Below, in pieces: positions 63,737 to 64,000 of a DNA stretch of 64,000 nt. The notes under the pieces were generated by a model, which saw only the letters and a list, made by a program, of their open reading frames with translations, searched no databases and was not told the DNA's origin. Where the stretch lies: NCBI GenBank assembly GCA_963777605.1, contig CAVZRV010000030.1, positions 32,001 through 96,000 of the forward strand. Reading direction: 5' to 3'. This DNA comes from an uncultured Acidobacteriota bacterium. Its GTDB lineage: Bacteria; Acidobacteriota; UBA6911; RPQK01; JAPXNP01. The translations under genes and the position numbers were made by a program. Every line of letters starts with the position of its first letter. Within the stretch, counting starts at the first letter, position 1.

Positions 63737-64000
63737 ATGTGGCCTTTTCGTTCTCTCAGTGATTCGCCTATAGTCCGCCAGTTGAGCGCAATCGAGGCCA
63801 AGGAACGACTCGTGGGCGGCGACGTCCAACTGGTAGACGTGCGCGAGCCGTTCGAATTCCAGTATTGCCGGATTGACGGTGCTCTTCACATTCCTCTCAG
63901 GAAGATCCTTGTCGGCAACGTGACCGGGTTGGCGCAGGACCGTGATGTTATCTGTTATTGCCATCACGGGGCGCGCAGCCAGCATGCCGCCCAGGCGCTC
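63737..64000 (+). CDS. Rhodanese-like sulfurtransferase, 3' truncated by window (absent from ORF track)
   Basis: Manual translation MWPFR...VDVREPFEF..RIDGALHIPL...VICYCHHGARS; GAGG SD upstream. Confidence 0.85.
   Translation, partial: MWPFRSLSDSPIVRQLSAIEAKERLVGGDVQLVDVREPFEFQYCRIDGALHIPLRKILVGNVTGLAQDRDVICYCHHGARSQHAAQAL

Overview
A GC-rich (~60-65% by eye), gene-dense bacterial chromosomal segment. It is most consistent with an Acidobacteriota-like genome, which is inferred from the gene repertoire and not proven. It holds about 44 protein genes: an N-terminally cut propeller/di-haem cytochrome c + propeller + two periplasmic-binding-protein cluster; a UroD/MtaA-thioredoxin fusion + CobW GTPase unit; tex, typA, DUF763, fucP, ilvD-ilvB-ilvN, aspartokinase-asd, hflX, a cytokinin-dehydrogenase-like oxidase, ABC-F, ispH, queF, proline dehydrogenase, Lrp + aminotransferase, cutC, transketolase, a giant penicillin-acylase-family protein, moaA, an IscA/ErpA protein and a rhodanese. 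No rRNA, tRNA, CRISPR array or transposase was seen. The strongest hidden signals, all missed by the ORF track, are: (1) a TPR-TlpA lipoprotein split by an in-frame TGA in a UxxC motif with a SECIS-like hairpin, i.e. a likely exported selenoprotein; (2) hflX apparently initiating at AUU behind a 12-aa uORF that begins MRLRSR (macrolide-arrest motif), a candidate antibiotic-sensing leader; (3) a Leu/Val/Ile-rich leader peptide attenuator of the ilv operon; (4) REP-like dispersed hairpins; and (5) several -10 boxes 6-9 nt from start codons (leaderless mRNAs). Seven frameshifts in five genes are all +1, which points to consensus-sequencing insertion errors rather than pseudogenes.
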